Below are positions 1-7,013 of a stretch of 32,246 nucleotides of DNA, in pieces (within the stretch, counting starts at the first letter, position 1; each line of letters opens with the position of its first letter). The notes beneath the pieces are model-generated. The model worked only from the letters and a program-made list of their open reading frames with translations, was not told the DNA's origin and did not search any database. The translations under genes and the position numbers were made by a program. Source of the stretch: a virus (lineage: Duplodnaviria > Caudoviricetes); IMG/VR virus record IMGVR_UViG_3300029183_000023, positions 1-32,246 of that record, one strand, 5' to 3'.

Positions 1-17
1 GTTTCCCAGTCACGATC
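1..17 (+). other. Random-amplification (SISPA-type) primer, library artefact
   Basis: GTTTCCCAGTCACGATC is the widely used random-PCR tag; its exact reverse complement is at 32230-32246. Confidence 0.93.
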
Positions 18-216
18 AGCAGCCGCTGATCTTAAAAAAGGACCCGTAACCGATCCAAGCAACAGCAAGGATGATCGCCAACACAACTGCGACGCCGAAA
101 CCAGTCAGGCCGCCGAGTAAAATTGCACCGATCAATGCCAAGCCTGGAACCGATCGACGTTCGATAAGCTTAGTGATGATTACTTGGAACTGTGCAATGC
201 GTTGGATATTTTTCAT
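16..216 (-). CDS. Small membrane protein (holin/lysis-block candidate); 3' end unreliable
   Basis: Long hydrophobic segment; start overlaps the stop of the upstream gene; the stop codon is partly made of primer bases. Confidence 0.55.
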   Translation of the reverse strand: MKNIQRIAQFQVIITKLIERRSVPGLALIGAILLGGLTGFGVAVVLAIILAVAWIGYGSFFKISGC

Positions 217-2171
217 TAGTTGGACTCCAGGAATTGAAGAATCTGTTGATCTGTCATCGATCCAGATTTCATGTGCCCGCGATCAGGATTGCGATAGAGA
301 ATTGTCTGTGGCGTCATTGGTTGCAGGTCAGGAAAGTATTGACGAGCATCGTTCCATTCCAATTCCGACAATGTTGTTCGAGGTAGCTTGCCCGCCTTCT
401 TTAACCGTTCAAGGCTTTGCTTTTGCGTGTGACATGGTGGGCAACTGTCGCGCGTGATAACGATACATAACCTGTCAATTTGGTCTGCCTTCAGCCGCTC
501 AAACGCTGGCTTGAATTCATTCCACGTCGTCTCAGGATCTGGCCTTGGTTCGGGTGGTGGGCGCGGTGCATGGTTTGTCCGCGTGATATCGATTGGGTGT
601 AGTGCAACCGCAACTCCAACGGCGGTTGCCGCGCTCCCATTGAATGACGGGGATAAGTCGTCGCGTTTAGCCCCAGCCAATTCATTCAACCAATCAGTGC
701 CGGCATCGACCAGTGGGAGCTTTTTGAATCCGTTGAAATCACCGATAGCAACTGCCTGCTTTTGCCCGATCATTTCCCTTGCAACATCCGGACGAATCCA
801 AAACGAGCCGTCCGGGATGTCATATTCTCCTTTTGGCCCAGTGATCCAATCAGGTCCCCAGGAATTCACGATTAGGAAACAAGGTCCATCCGGATCAATG
901 GAATCGTCGACGGCAACCCAGGCCATCGCATGCGCCCAGTTGTTGCCGGTTTTCCTGGCAAATCCGTTTTCGTCTCGTCGATCGGCAAAGCTTGCCATCG
1001 ATCCGACCAGCATCGGATAACCGTTGTAAATCGCTTCCCTGGCATCCTCGATCGATTCTATTCGTCGGGCCTTCAGGAATCGTCGCTCTTTGATTTGAGA
1101 GAGCAGCGATTCTGGAGGGCCGGACGATCCCCAGCGCGAACCAACGTTTGAGTTGTAGGTTGATAGGTCTATCCCGTCATACGGCTTTCGAACTGCAAAG
1201 CCGTAATCGGTCAGGAACTCGACAGCCCTGGCGATTGACATTCCCTCGCCCGTGTGACCGCGATGGCCGTAGATTGGCTCAGTTGCCCCACGGGCAACCC
1301 AGCGTTCAGGCTCGGCATTTGCCAGGATTTCGACCGACCTGGCTGTGTCGCCGGCATTCCTGGCCGTGTGGCTTGTGCAATCGCCAGTTGTCTGCCGTTC
1401 GTCCTCAAAAGCCGATGGGTAAAAATGCTGCGTGGCGCGATAGAGCAGGCGAACCTTGCCCGTCGAATCGCGGAAGCTTGAACTGTCACGATAACGAGGA
1501 ATCTTTTTGAATTCCTCGGTTTCGAATATCAGCCCATTAGTTAGATGATCTGGCGGGCCTCGAGCCAGATTACCTGGTTGCCGTCGGCGCACAGTTTCCG
1601 TTTCCGCCTGGTGAACCACAGGAACGGACTTAACAGCGCGAAAAGTGCTTGATGCCACGTTGGCGATCGCGTCCAGGTCGTTTTTGGCAATCGATTTGTT
1701 GCTTGCCTGCCAACAACCCCAGGCCACAGCATAGAGCGTGTTTTCGATTTCCTGCCGTTCCGATTCGCTGAGTACTTTCGGCTCGCGGCCGATCTTGTCA
1801 ATTGTGGACATCAGCATTTGGTCGATCGCCCTGCCCGTTGAACTGTCGGAAATTTCAGGCGCTACGCTTCGTAGGTTTCGGCCAGCAGTCCTGTGTAACG
1901 CGACCAGCTGGTCGGTTGACTTGATTTCGCTGGACAACTCAGCAAGGCGTTTGTAGAAGAATGCCAGGTCAGCGGCGTGCGAGCTTCCTTTGAGCGATTG
2001 CGTTATAGTCGATGCCTGGTCTTTCAGCCTGGAATCGACTGGAGCGTCGAAACGAACGACAACGGAAGATCCTCCGGAATCGCCGTTAGAAAACCAGTCG
2101 AAGTCTATCAACAACACAGCGACTGCTAATGCTGAAAACGTTAGTGGCAGGATGAAAGAGTTGTTGTTCAT
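216..2171 (-). CDS. Membrane-anchored papain-like (C1) cysteine peptidase with C-terminal thioredoxin-like domain
   Basis: N-terminal hydrophobic anchor; catalytic motifs QTTGDCTSH, WAHAM, IVNSWG; C-terminal CPPC plus downstream TP (cis-Pro position). Confidence 0.85.
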   Translation of the reverse strand: MNNNSFILPLTFSALAVAVLLIDFDWFSNGDSGGSSVVVRFDAPVDSRLKDQASTITQSLKGSSHAADLAFFYKRLAELSSEIKSTDQLVALHRTAGRNLRSVAPEISDSSTGRAIDQMLMSTIDKIGREPKVLSESERQEIENTLYAVAWGCWQASNKSIAKNDLDAIANVASSTFRAVKSVPVVHQAETETVRRRQPGNLARGPPDHLTNGLIFETEEFKKIPRYRDSSSFRDSTGKVRLLYRATQHFYPSAFEDERQTTGDCTSHTARNAGDTARSVEILANAEPERWVARGATEPIYGHRGHTGEGMSIARAVEFLTDYGFAVRKPYDGIDLSTYNSNVGSRWGSSGPPESLLSQIKERRFLKARRIESIEDAREAIYNGYPMLVGSMASFADRRDENGFARKTGNNWAHAMAWVAVDDSIDPDGPCFLIVNSWGPDWITGPKGEYDIPDGSFWIRPDVAREMIGQKQAVAIGDFNGFKKLPLVDAGTDWLNELAGAKRDDLSPSFNGSAATAVGVAVALHPIDITRTNHAPRPPPEPRPDPETTWNEFKPAFERLKADQIDRLCIVITRDSCPPCHTQKQSLERLKKAGKLPRTTLSELEWNDARQYFPDLQPMTPQTILYRNPDRGHMKSGSMTDQQILQFLESN

Positions 2172-2524
2172 TTTTTGGTTGCGGTGGATTTCGTTTTGGT
2201 CCTGGGCTTTGCTGGCTTTAGTGTTTGGCCGGAAACCAGTTCGTGGCCTCGTTCAGTCGCCATTTTCTTTGCCTGGTCGGGAGCATATTTCTGCAGGACC
2301 TCGTACTCTTCCCTGGCTTGCTCCAGCTCCTCGCACAGCTCCTGGTCGGTCAGCTCGATTTGATGAGGTTTTGCAACCGGCCTGTGAACCTTTGCTTGCG
2401 GAAACAACTCTTGGCGGAATGCTGATAGATCAATTGATCCGTTGGCCGTGTTTTGTTTCAGCTTCATGAATAGCCAGCTGAAGAAAGCCGCCGCCGCCAA
2501 ACAGGCAATAATCACCGATTTCAT
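2168..2524 (-). CDS. Hypothetical protein with N-terminal TM helix
   Basis: 118 aa, coupled start/stop overlaps with both neighbours. Confidence 0.75.
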   Translation of the reverse strand: MKSVIIACLAAAAFFSWLFMKLKQNTANGSIDLSAFRQELFPQAKVHRPVAKPHQIELTDQELCEELEQAREEYEVLQKYAPDQAKKMATERGHELVSGQTLKPAKPRTKTKSTATKK

Positions 2525-2838
2525 TAATTAAACCTTCGTACACGTTCAAGGATTTCATTCTGGTTAACCTTCAATTGCCTGACCATTTCCGTGGTGACTT
2601 CTGCATTCGCGAGCAGCTCGTTCAATTGCCGGTTGATATGTCGATCGCGCATGTACCATAGTTTGACGCCATCGGAATCTTCCTTGTTGTGCCACTCGTA
2701 CAGGTCGTTGACCTGCTTGGTTGTTTCCGTCAGATCGGTTCCGCGATTTTTCAAAAACGCAAGAACGCGATCGCCGATTAGCAACACAAAAATGCCAATG
2801 ACGACAAGCACGTCGCCATTGATTGCCGACAAGTCCAT
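2524..2838 (-). CDS. Holin-like protein (single TM plus coiled coil)
   Basis: TM segment VLVVIGIFVLLIG, C-terminal coiled coil, GAGG SD, located in the lysis-like block. Confidence 0.55.
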   Translation of the reverse strand: MDLSAINGDVLVVIGIFVLLIGDRVLAFLKNRGTDLTETTKQVNDLYEWHNKEDSDGVKLWYMRDRHINRQLNELLANAEVTTEMVRQLKVNQNEILERVRRFN

Positions 2839-2849
2839 TTAGGCCCTCG

Positions 2850-3206
2850 TTACTTTTTGTTGGGCGCTTTACTCGGCTTTTGGCCCAATGGTTTTTCGCC
2901 CAGTGGAGCTCTGCCAATCGGTATGTTGATAGGCAGGTTCTTGCCTATGTGTTGTTGGCCGATAATCCGACCAGTGGCGTCAACGTTCGCCATCCAAATC
3001 ACGTGGTTTCCATATCGGACGCCGGTCCCGATTTGAGATCCGCTTCTTGCGTGGATGCTCACCTTCTGAAAAGTCATGTCGCTGCTCAAAGAGGGGCAGC
3101 ACCCGTCTGAACAGTCCGATTGCGTTTTTTTTTGCCAGCGGTCCAATCCAAAAATGATGCCAACAGCAAGCGCAACCGCTAACAACACCCAGCCTAACTC
3201 TTTCAT
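2850..3206 (-). CDS. Hypothetical membrane-anchored protein
   Basis: N-terminal TM, GAGG SD, ATGA overlap with upstream stop. Confidence 0.7.
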   Translation of the reverse strand: MKELGWVLLAVALAVGIIFGLDRWQKKTQSDCSDGCCPSLSSDMTFQKVSIHARSGSQIGTGVRYGNHVIWMANVDATGRIIGQQHIGKNLPINIPIGRAPLGEKPLGQKPSKAPNKK

Positions 3207-3625
3207 TGTTTAACGTCCTCAATAAATCTGATTGACCCGGATCGGGCCGTCTGTTTGCTCAGTCGATCAATAACGCCCTTTGCCATGACCAAATTTTCTG
3301 CTGTCGCATCTCCTAAACTGTCCAATGCTTGCAAGAACTTATCGCGACGCGTTTTTGGCAGTAGCGCCAGAAGATGAGCAACCAGGAAATCCATTTTTGG
3401 TTTGCTTGTGGTTCCGGTGGGGTTTGAGAAACCGACCGTTAGTTTGCCGTTAAGTTCAAATGAGACCTTCGAATTCCCTTTGCCAGCTGTCCCACTGACT
3501 TTCAGTTTGATAGGGTATTCCTGGCCTTCAATAACCGTGTCTCGGTTTGACTTGCGCGCTGCGAATTTTTCCAGGGCATGGCATGCCAAATTATTGGCGA
3601 TCAGTTTGTCGTTTTGTTTGGGCAT
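3203..3625 (-). CDS. Hypothetical protein, first gene of the putative lysis/late operon
   Basis: 140 aa ORF tiling with downstream genes. Confidence 0.75.
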   Translation of the reverse strand: MPKQNDKLIANNLACHALEKFAARKSNRDTVIEGQEYPIKLKVSGTAGKGNSKVSFELNGKLTVGFSNPTGTTSKPKMDFLVAHLLALLPKTRRDKFLQALDSLGDATAENLVMAKGVIDRLSKQTARSGSIRFIEDVKQ

Positions 3626-3750
3626 TCGTTTCGAACTCGTTGCACAACTTTATTGAGCAACAAGGCCGGCGAAAACAACGAAGTCGATTCAACAATCGAC
3701 AAATTTGTTTGACGGTTACATTCCTGGCTGTTTTCGCGACAATGCGCTAC

Positions 3751-4116
3751 ATGATGACTATTTGTCCGCAACGAATTGCCGACTGCCTCGAGGCGATTCG
3801 GATAGAGTTGGAACGAGAAAATTTTGATGCTGCTGTCGCTGCTTTAAGGCGCTTGGAACGCGATCGTCCCAGTGGAGTCAATCGACAAACTGCATTGGCC
3901 GAGCTGTTTCGACCGGAAATCGCCAACGCGTTGGAAGAAAGTCTGAACTGCATTTATGTTCGCGACCTGTTGCCGAAATCGGCCGAATGGGTTGAAAGCG
4001 TTCCAAACATCGGCCCGAAACGAGTTGCGATGATTAGTCGATCGCTTGCCCAGCATGGGATTCGCTGGCCGGCGCAGGAAAAGCCAGCAAAAACCTGCGC
4101 TAGCGCAGACAAATAA
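3751..4116 (+). CDS. RNA polymerase alpha-CTD-like domain protein (only convincing + strand gene)
   Basis: LAELFRPEIANALEESLNCIYVRDLLPKSAEWVESVPNIGPKRVAMISRSLAQHGI follows the alpha-CTD pattern (N-L..., I-DL, PNLGxK, L-G). Start chosen at ATG 3751 after a GACAAT -10-like box; 3742 is also possible. Confidence 0.7.
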   Translation: MMTICPQRIADCLEAIRIELERENFDAAVAALRRLERDRPSGVNRQTALAELFRPEIANALEESLNCIYVRDLLPKSAEWVESVPNIGPKRVAMISRSLAQHGIRWPAQEKPAKTCASADK

Positions 4117-4130
4117 ATTGTTCCGGCGAC
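4105..4130 (+). mobile_element. attI-like entry site of the cassette array
   Basis: GTT at 4120 begins GTTCCGGCG, the complement of CGCCGGAAC at the R'' end of the first attC; preceded by AT-rich non-attC sequence. Confidence 0.5.
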
Positions 4131-4152
4131 GTGGTGTTCGCCATCCTTTTGC

Positions 4153-4599
4153 TCACTTTGTTTTTCTGTTGATTTTTGATTTGAATCGCGCCACGACGCC
4201 AATTGCCTTTTCAAATCCTTCGTTCTGATACCTGCGCAACGACGCCAACTCAAAATCGTCATCATTCACTGCTGCCTTCTTTCGAGATTCGAGGTGATCC
4301 AATCGTTTACCCATCTCCTCCAGTAACAAATCAAAAATCTCGGCTGTCGCCGGAACGCCGCGAGACTTCGAACACAAGACGGCGCGGATCGTCTCGATGG
4401 CTTCCTCTTTGTTGATTTCAGCCACCGTGTAAAGCTCAAGCCGATCAAAAATTTCTTCCGCTATGTCTTGATTCTCGATCCGTTGTCCGGCATCCGCGCC
4501 GGAACAAGCGGATTCAGGAGACGAAAAGCATTCGTAGCAAATAAACATTTTCTGATTGTCTTTCCTGATTGAATCGCAACAGTTGCATCTGAAAATCAT
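4153..4599 (-). CDS. Cassette 1 protein (N-terminal CxxC...CxxC)
   Basis: AGGAG SD 7 nt before ATG 4599; preferred over the track start at 4785, which overlaps the next gene. Confidence 0.7.
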   Translation of the reverse strand: MIFRCNCCDSIRKDNQKMFICYECFSSPESACSGADAGQRIENQDIAEEIFDRLELYTVAEINKEEAIETIRAVLCSKSRGVPATAEIFDLLLEEMGKRLDHLESRKKAAVNDDDFELASLRRYQNEGFEKAIGVVARFKSKINRKTK

Positions 4600-4629
4600 C
4601 TTTTCGCTCCTGATCTCGCGGCGTTCGAC
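4499..4629 (+). mobile_element. attC site 1
   Basis: CCGGAAC-AAGCGG-AT(T)CAGGAG(A)CGAAAAG ... CTTTTCG-CTCCTG-AT-CTCGCGGC-GTTCGAC; two extrahelical bases separated by 6 bp. Confidence 0.85.
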
Positions 4630-4633
4630 CGGC

Positions 4634-4990
4634 CTAGGAATCCTCATTTCCATATTCGGATGCGTTGTTTTCTTCGGCCCTCTTACAGCGTCTACATCTA
4701 GCCTTGTAAATTGCATTTGGCGATGCCGAAACAACATGACCGCATTCAAGCCGAACTTTCTGAGTATCGAATGTGTTATCCGCATGTCTAATCACATCAG
4801 TAATTTTTCGAAGCGGTCCTTTATTCGGGCCGTGGGCCGGTCGAACGGGCGAAGATTGCGCTACGCTTGTCGAGTTGTCGCCGCATCCGGCGGTCGAACA
4901 ACTCGATGCGGAAGATTGACACCAAATTTCATGCTGTACTTTGGCCATGTCGCTAGGCATTACAAGTTTGCATTTGGAACATCTAATCAT
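4634..4990 (-). CDS. Cassette 2 protein (two putative Zn-binding motifs)
   Basis: CSKC...HEIWC and LECGH...CRRC; start lies inside attC2 after GGAAG. Confidence 0.7.
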   Translation of the reverse strand: MIRCSKCKLVMPSDMAKVQHEIWCQSSASSCSTAGCGDNSTSVAQSSPVRPAHGPNKGPLRKITDVIRHADNTFDTQKVRLECGHVVSASPNAIYKARCRRCKRAEENNASEYGNEDS

Positions 4991-5018
4991 GTCAACTTCC
5001 GATCTTCGCCCGTTGTGC
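4893..5018 (+). mobile_element. attC site 2
   Basis: GTCGAAC-AACTCG-AT(G)CGGAAG(A)TTGACA ... TGTCAA-CTTCCG-AT-CTTCGCCC-GTTGTGC. Confidence 0.85.
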
Positions 5019-5021
5019 GGA

Positions 5022-5483
5022 CTAATCGCACTTCATTTCGTAGACCGGAACCTCTTTGACTCCGACCTGTTCCATGCGACATTTCGGCCCGTCGCCATCT
5101 TCGCCTTTTCCGCCAAACAACATCGCAATTACCGTGACGTCTGGCCCAAGGTTGTACTCACGCATCGCGATCACCTCGAACAGATTGTGATCCTTGTGCG
5201 AGTCGCTCTTGTCGGTTCGCAGCCCCTCCTTCGCCAGTTCGCGAAATAGCGGCACTGTCTCGTCCAGTGTTTCGCATGTCAGCATGATCTCAACTTTTGG
5301 CTTCAACTGATTCCGTTTGCCAACTATGATTGACGCCTTCGCTTCTGCACGGTCGATCGCTTCTTGACACGCCTTTACGATGGGCCGAAGGCGTTCAGCA
5401 CGATTCATAGTTTCCTGTACTTCAGCCTGAAACTGACGAATTGGGTCGTTTTCTTGGGCTGGCATCAACATTCCTGAACTCAT
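5022..5483 (-). CDS. Cassette 3 hypothetical protein
   Basis: GAGG SD before ATG 5483 (MSSGML...); the ORF fills the cassette between GTT 5012 and attC3. Confidence 0.75.
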   Translation of the reverse strand: MSSGMLMPAQENDPIRQFQAEVQETMNRAERLRPIVKACQEAIDRAEAKASIIVGKRNQLKPKVEIMLTCETLDETVPLFRELAKEGLRTDKSDSHKDHNLFEVIAMREYNLGPDVTVIAMLFGGKGEDGDGPKCRMEQVGVKEVPVYEMKCD

Positions 5484-5504
5484 AGCGTTTCCTCGATAAA
5501 AGCC

Positions 5505-5593
5505 GCACAACAAACCCATGCAACGGAGCGGCATCAATCCGTAACATGGTGGTTAGTTTTTCTGTTGCCGCCCGTTGATGGGCAGCGTTCGAC
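5505..5593 (+). mobile_element. attC site 3 (canonical spacing)
   Basis: GCACAAC-AAACCC-AT(G)CAACGG(A)GCGGCA ... TGCCGC-CCGTTG-AT-GGGCAGC-GTTCGAC. Confidence 0.9.
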
Positions 5594-5632
5594 GGAACGT
5601 GGACAACTCATTTCCATATTCGTTGACGGTAT

Positions 5633-5953
5633 TTATTGGCTGCCTGCCCTTCGATTCCACCACTCAACAACCTCATCCACTGAGTTTCCAGAGCGACCGA
5701 TAACACACTTTCTGCAAAGAACCTCTGGTTTCCAGAGCCAGCCCTTTGTTTTCGTGTTTTTCCCTTTGAGCAACGATGGCTTGCATCCACAAAACGGGCA
5801 GGGCAGCAGTTCCGTCGAACGCTCCGCGACTGCGCTACGTTTGTTCGTCCATCGAACAACCGGATGAGTCAGCCCTATTTGCGGTTCGAGGGATTTGTTA
5901 TCTGCGGTCATTGTTGTATCTCCAACTTCATGCTTGCACGTCATGCACTTCAT
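5633..5953 (-). CDS. Cassette 4: Lar-family restriction-alleviation-like Zn-finger protein
   Basis: LLPCPFCG...CRKC...VEWWNRR signature; AGGAG SD supplied by the attC right arm. Confidence 0.75.
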   Translation of the reverse strand: MKCMTCKHEVGDTTMTADNKSLEPQIGLTHPVVRWTNKRSAVAERSTELLPCPFCGCKPSLLKGKNTKTKGWLWKPEVLCRKCVIGRSGNSVDEVVEWWNRRAGSQ

Positions 5954-5984
5954 TTGATTTGCTCCTGATCTTCGCCCGTTCTAG
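5851..5984 (+). mobile_element. Degenerate/chimeric attC site 4
   Basis: Left arm ATCGAAC-AACCGG-ATG and right arm GCTCCTGAT-CTTCGCCC-GTT are each attC-like, but their L boxes do not pair. Confidence 0.55.
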
Positions 5985-6011
5985 TGACTTATCTGCGGGA
6001 TAGACGGAGCG

Positions 6012-7013
6012 CTATAGGAATCTTTCGGCTTGTGGGTTTTCCTGGATCAACACTTTTTCTGCGACTTCGATGTCGTTGAATTTTCTCAGCAATTCCTTGC
6101 GACGATCGAAAACCGCATAGCGTTCTCGTTCTGAAATTTCCGCCTGGCGTTTTCTTGCGGCCGCTTCACGCCTGGAAAAAAACTGCGCTCGAGTAATCAC
6201 GCCTTCGGCTGGCCATTCTCCCTGTTGCAACCGGAACCTGATCGCACCAGGCCGTTCCAGAACACCGATCCGCTGGTTGTAATCACATTCCCAGCACAGC
6301 GTTCGCAGCTCGGCTACGTCGGTCACAGTGAATTTTCCTGAGGCAAACTCCCTGGCCCAATCAACAGCCATCAGCGTAACACCAGCCATTCGAAAACATT
6401 CCGCTGCTTGCTCGATCAACTCTTGATCGACGTCCTGGTCGAACACCGCGCGATCCGAATCATCAAAACAAAAATGATCCGCCGCCGCCTTAGGTCGGGA
6501 ACACCAATGGTCGGCGGTGGAATGGTTTTTAGGGTAACTAATAGACAAATCCCGATTTGCCGGTTGATTTGCCGGTTGATTTGCCGGTTGATTTGCCGGT
6601 TGATTTGCCGGTTGATTTGCCGGTTGATTTGCCGGTTGACAAAGCAACGAGCGAACGCGATCCCATTCGATGAACAGGCCGCGTTCAGGATGGCCACCGC
6701 CTGGCCGTGGTCGTTCCCTGGCAACGATGATCCCCGCAGCCAATCCTTCGTTAATCGCATCGCGGATAGATCGTTCAGAGCGTTTGATAAACCGATCTCG
6801 AGCCAATCGCTTTTGCGTCCACCATAGTTCATCGTCGTCGCTCAGTTTGGACGCTGGGACCGTGGCGACAACCTTACACAGTTTCCAAACCGTCTTTCGG
6901 ACATGCCAACCGATAGCCGTCATGGCCCGTTCTAGCGTTCTTTCCTTCGCCAGCGATTCGTTTTCCGTTTCGATCCAGCCAGGGACCATTGATGCTTGCG
7001 AATTCACTTGCAA
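6012..7013 (-). CDS. Replication initiator protein (wHTH N-terminus, internal iterons)
   Basis: WTQKRLA...SERSIRDAINEGLAAGII wHTH-like segment followed by a tandem repeat, as in lambda O-type initiators. Confidence 0.65.
   Translation of the reverse strand: MQVNSQASMVPGWIETENESLAKERTLERAMTAIGWHVRKTVWKLCKVVATVPASKLSDDDELWWTQKRLARDRFIKRSERSIRDAINEGLAAGIIVARERPRPGGGHPERGLFIEWDRVRSLLCQPANQPANQPANQPANQPANQPANQPANRDLSISYPKNHSTADHWCSRPKAAADHFCFDDSDRAVFDQDVDQELIEQAAECFRMAGVTLMAVDWAREFASGKFTVTDVAELRTLCWECDYNQRIGVLERPGAIRFRLQQGEWPAEGVITRAQFFSRREAAARKRQAEISERERYAVFDRRKELLRKFNDIEVAEKVLIQENPQAERFL
6554..6637. repeat. 7 x 12-bp perfect tandem repeat GATTTGCCGGTT (putative ori iterons; encodes QPAN x7)
   Basis: Counted directly; short AT-rich tract adjacent at about 6523-6550. 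Confidence 0.9.

Larger units (their letters stand above)
4120..5984 (+). mobile_element. Integron-type gene cassette array lacking IntI (CALIN-like), 4 cassettes
   Basis: Crossover GTTs at 4120, 4623, 5012, 5587, 5978; each cassette start is complementary to the R'' of the following attC; one ORF per cassette. Confidence 0.85.

Noticed and set aside
4600-4785. N-terminal extension of the 210-aa track ORF
   Set aside because: Overlaps the cassette 2 gene and crosses a crossover point; ATG 4599 has a strong SD.
6554-6637. CRISPR array
   Set aside because: Contiguous 12-bp units with no spacers, inside a CDS.
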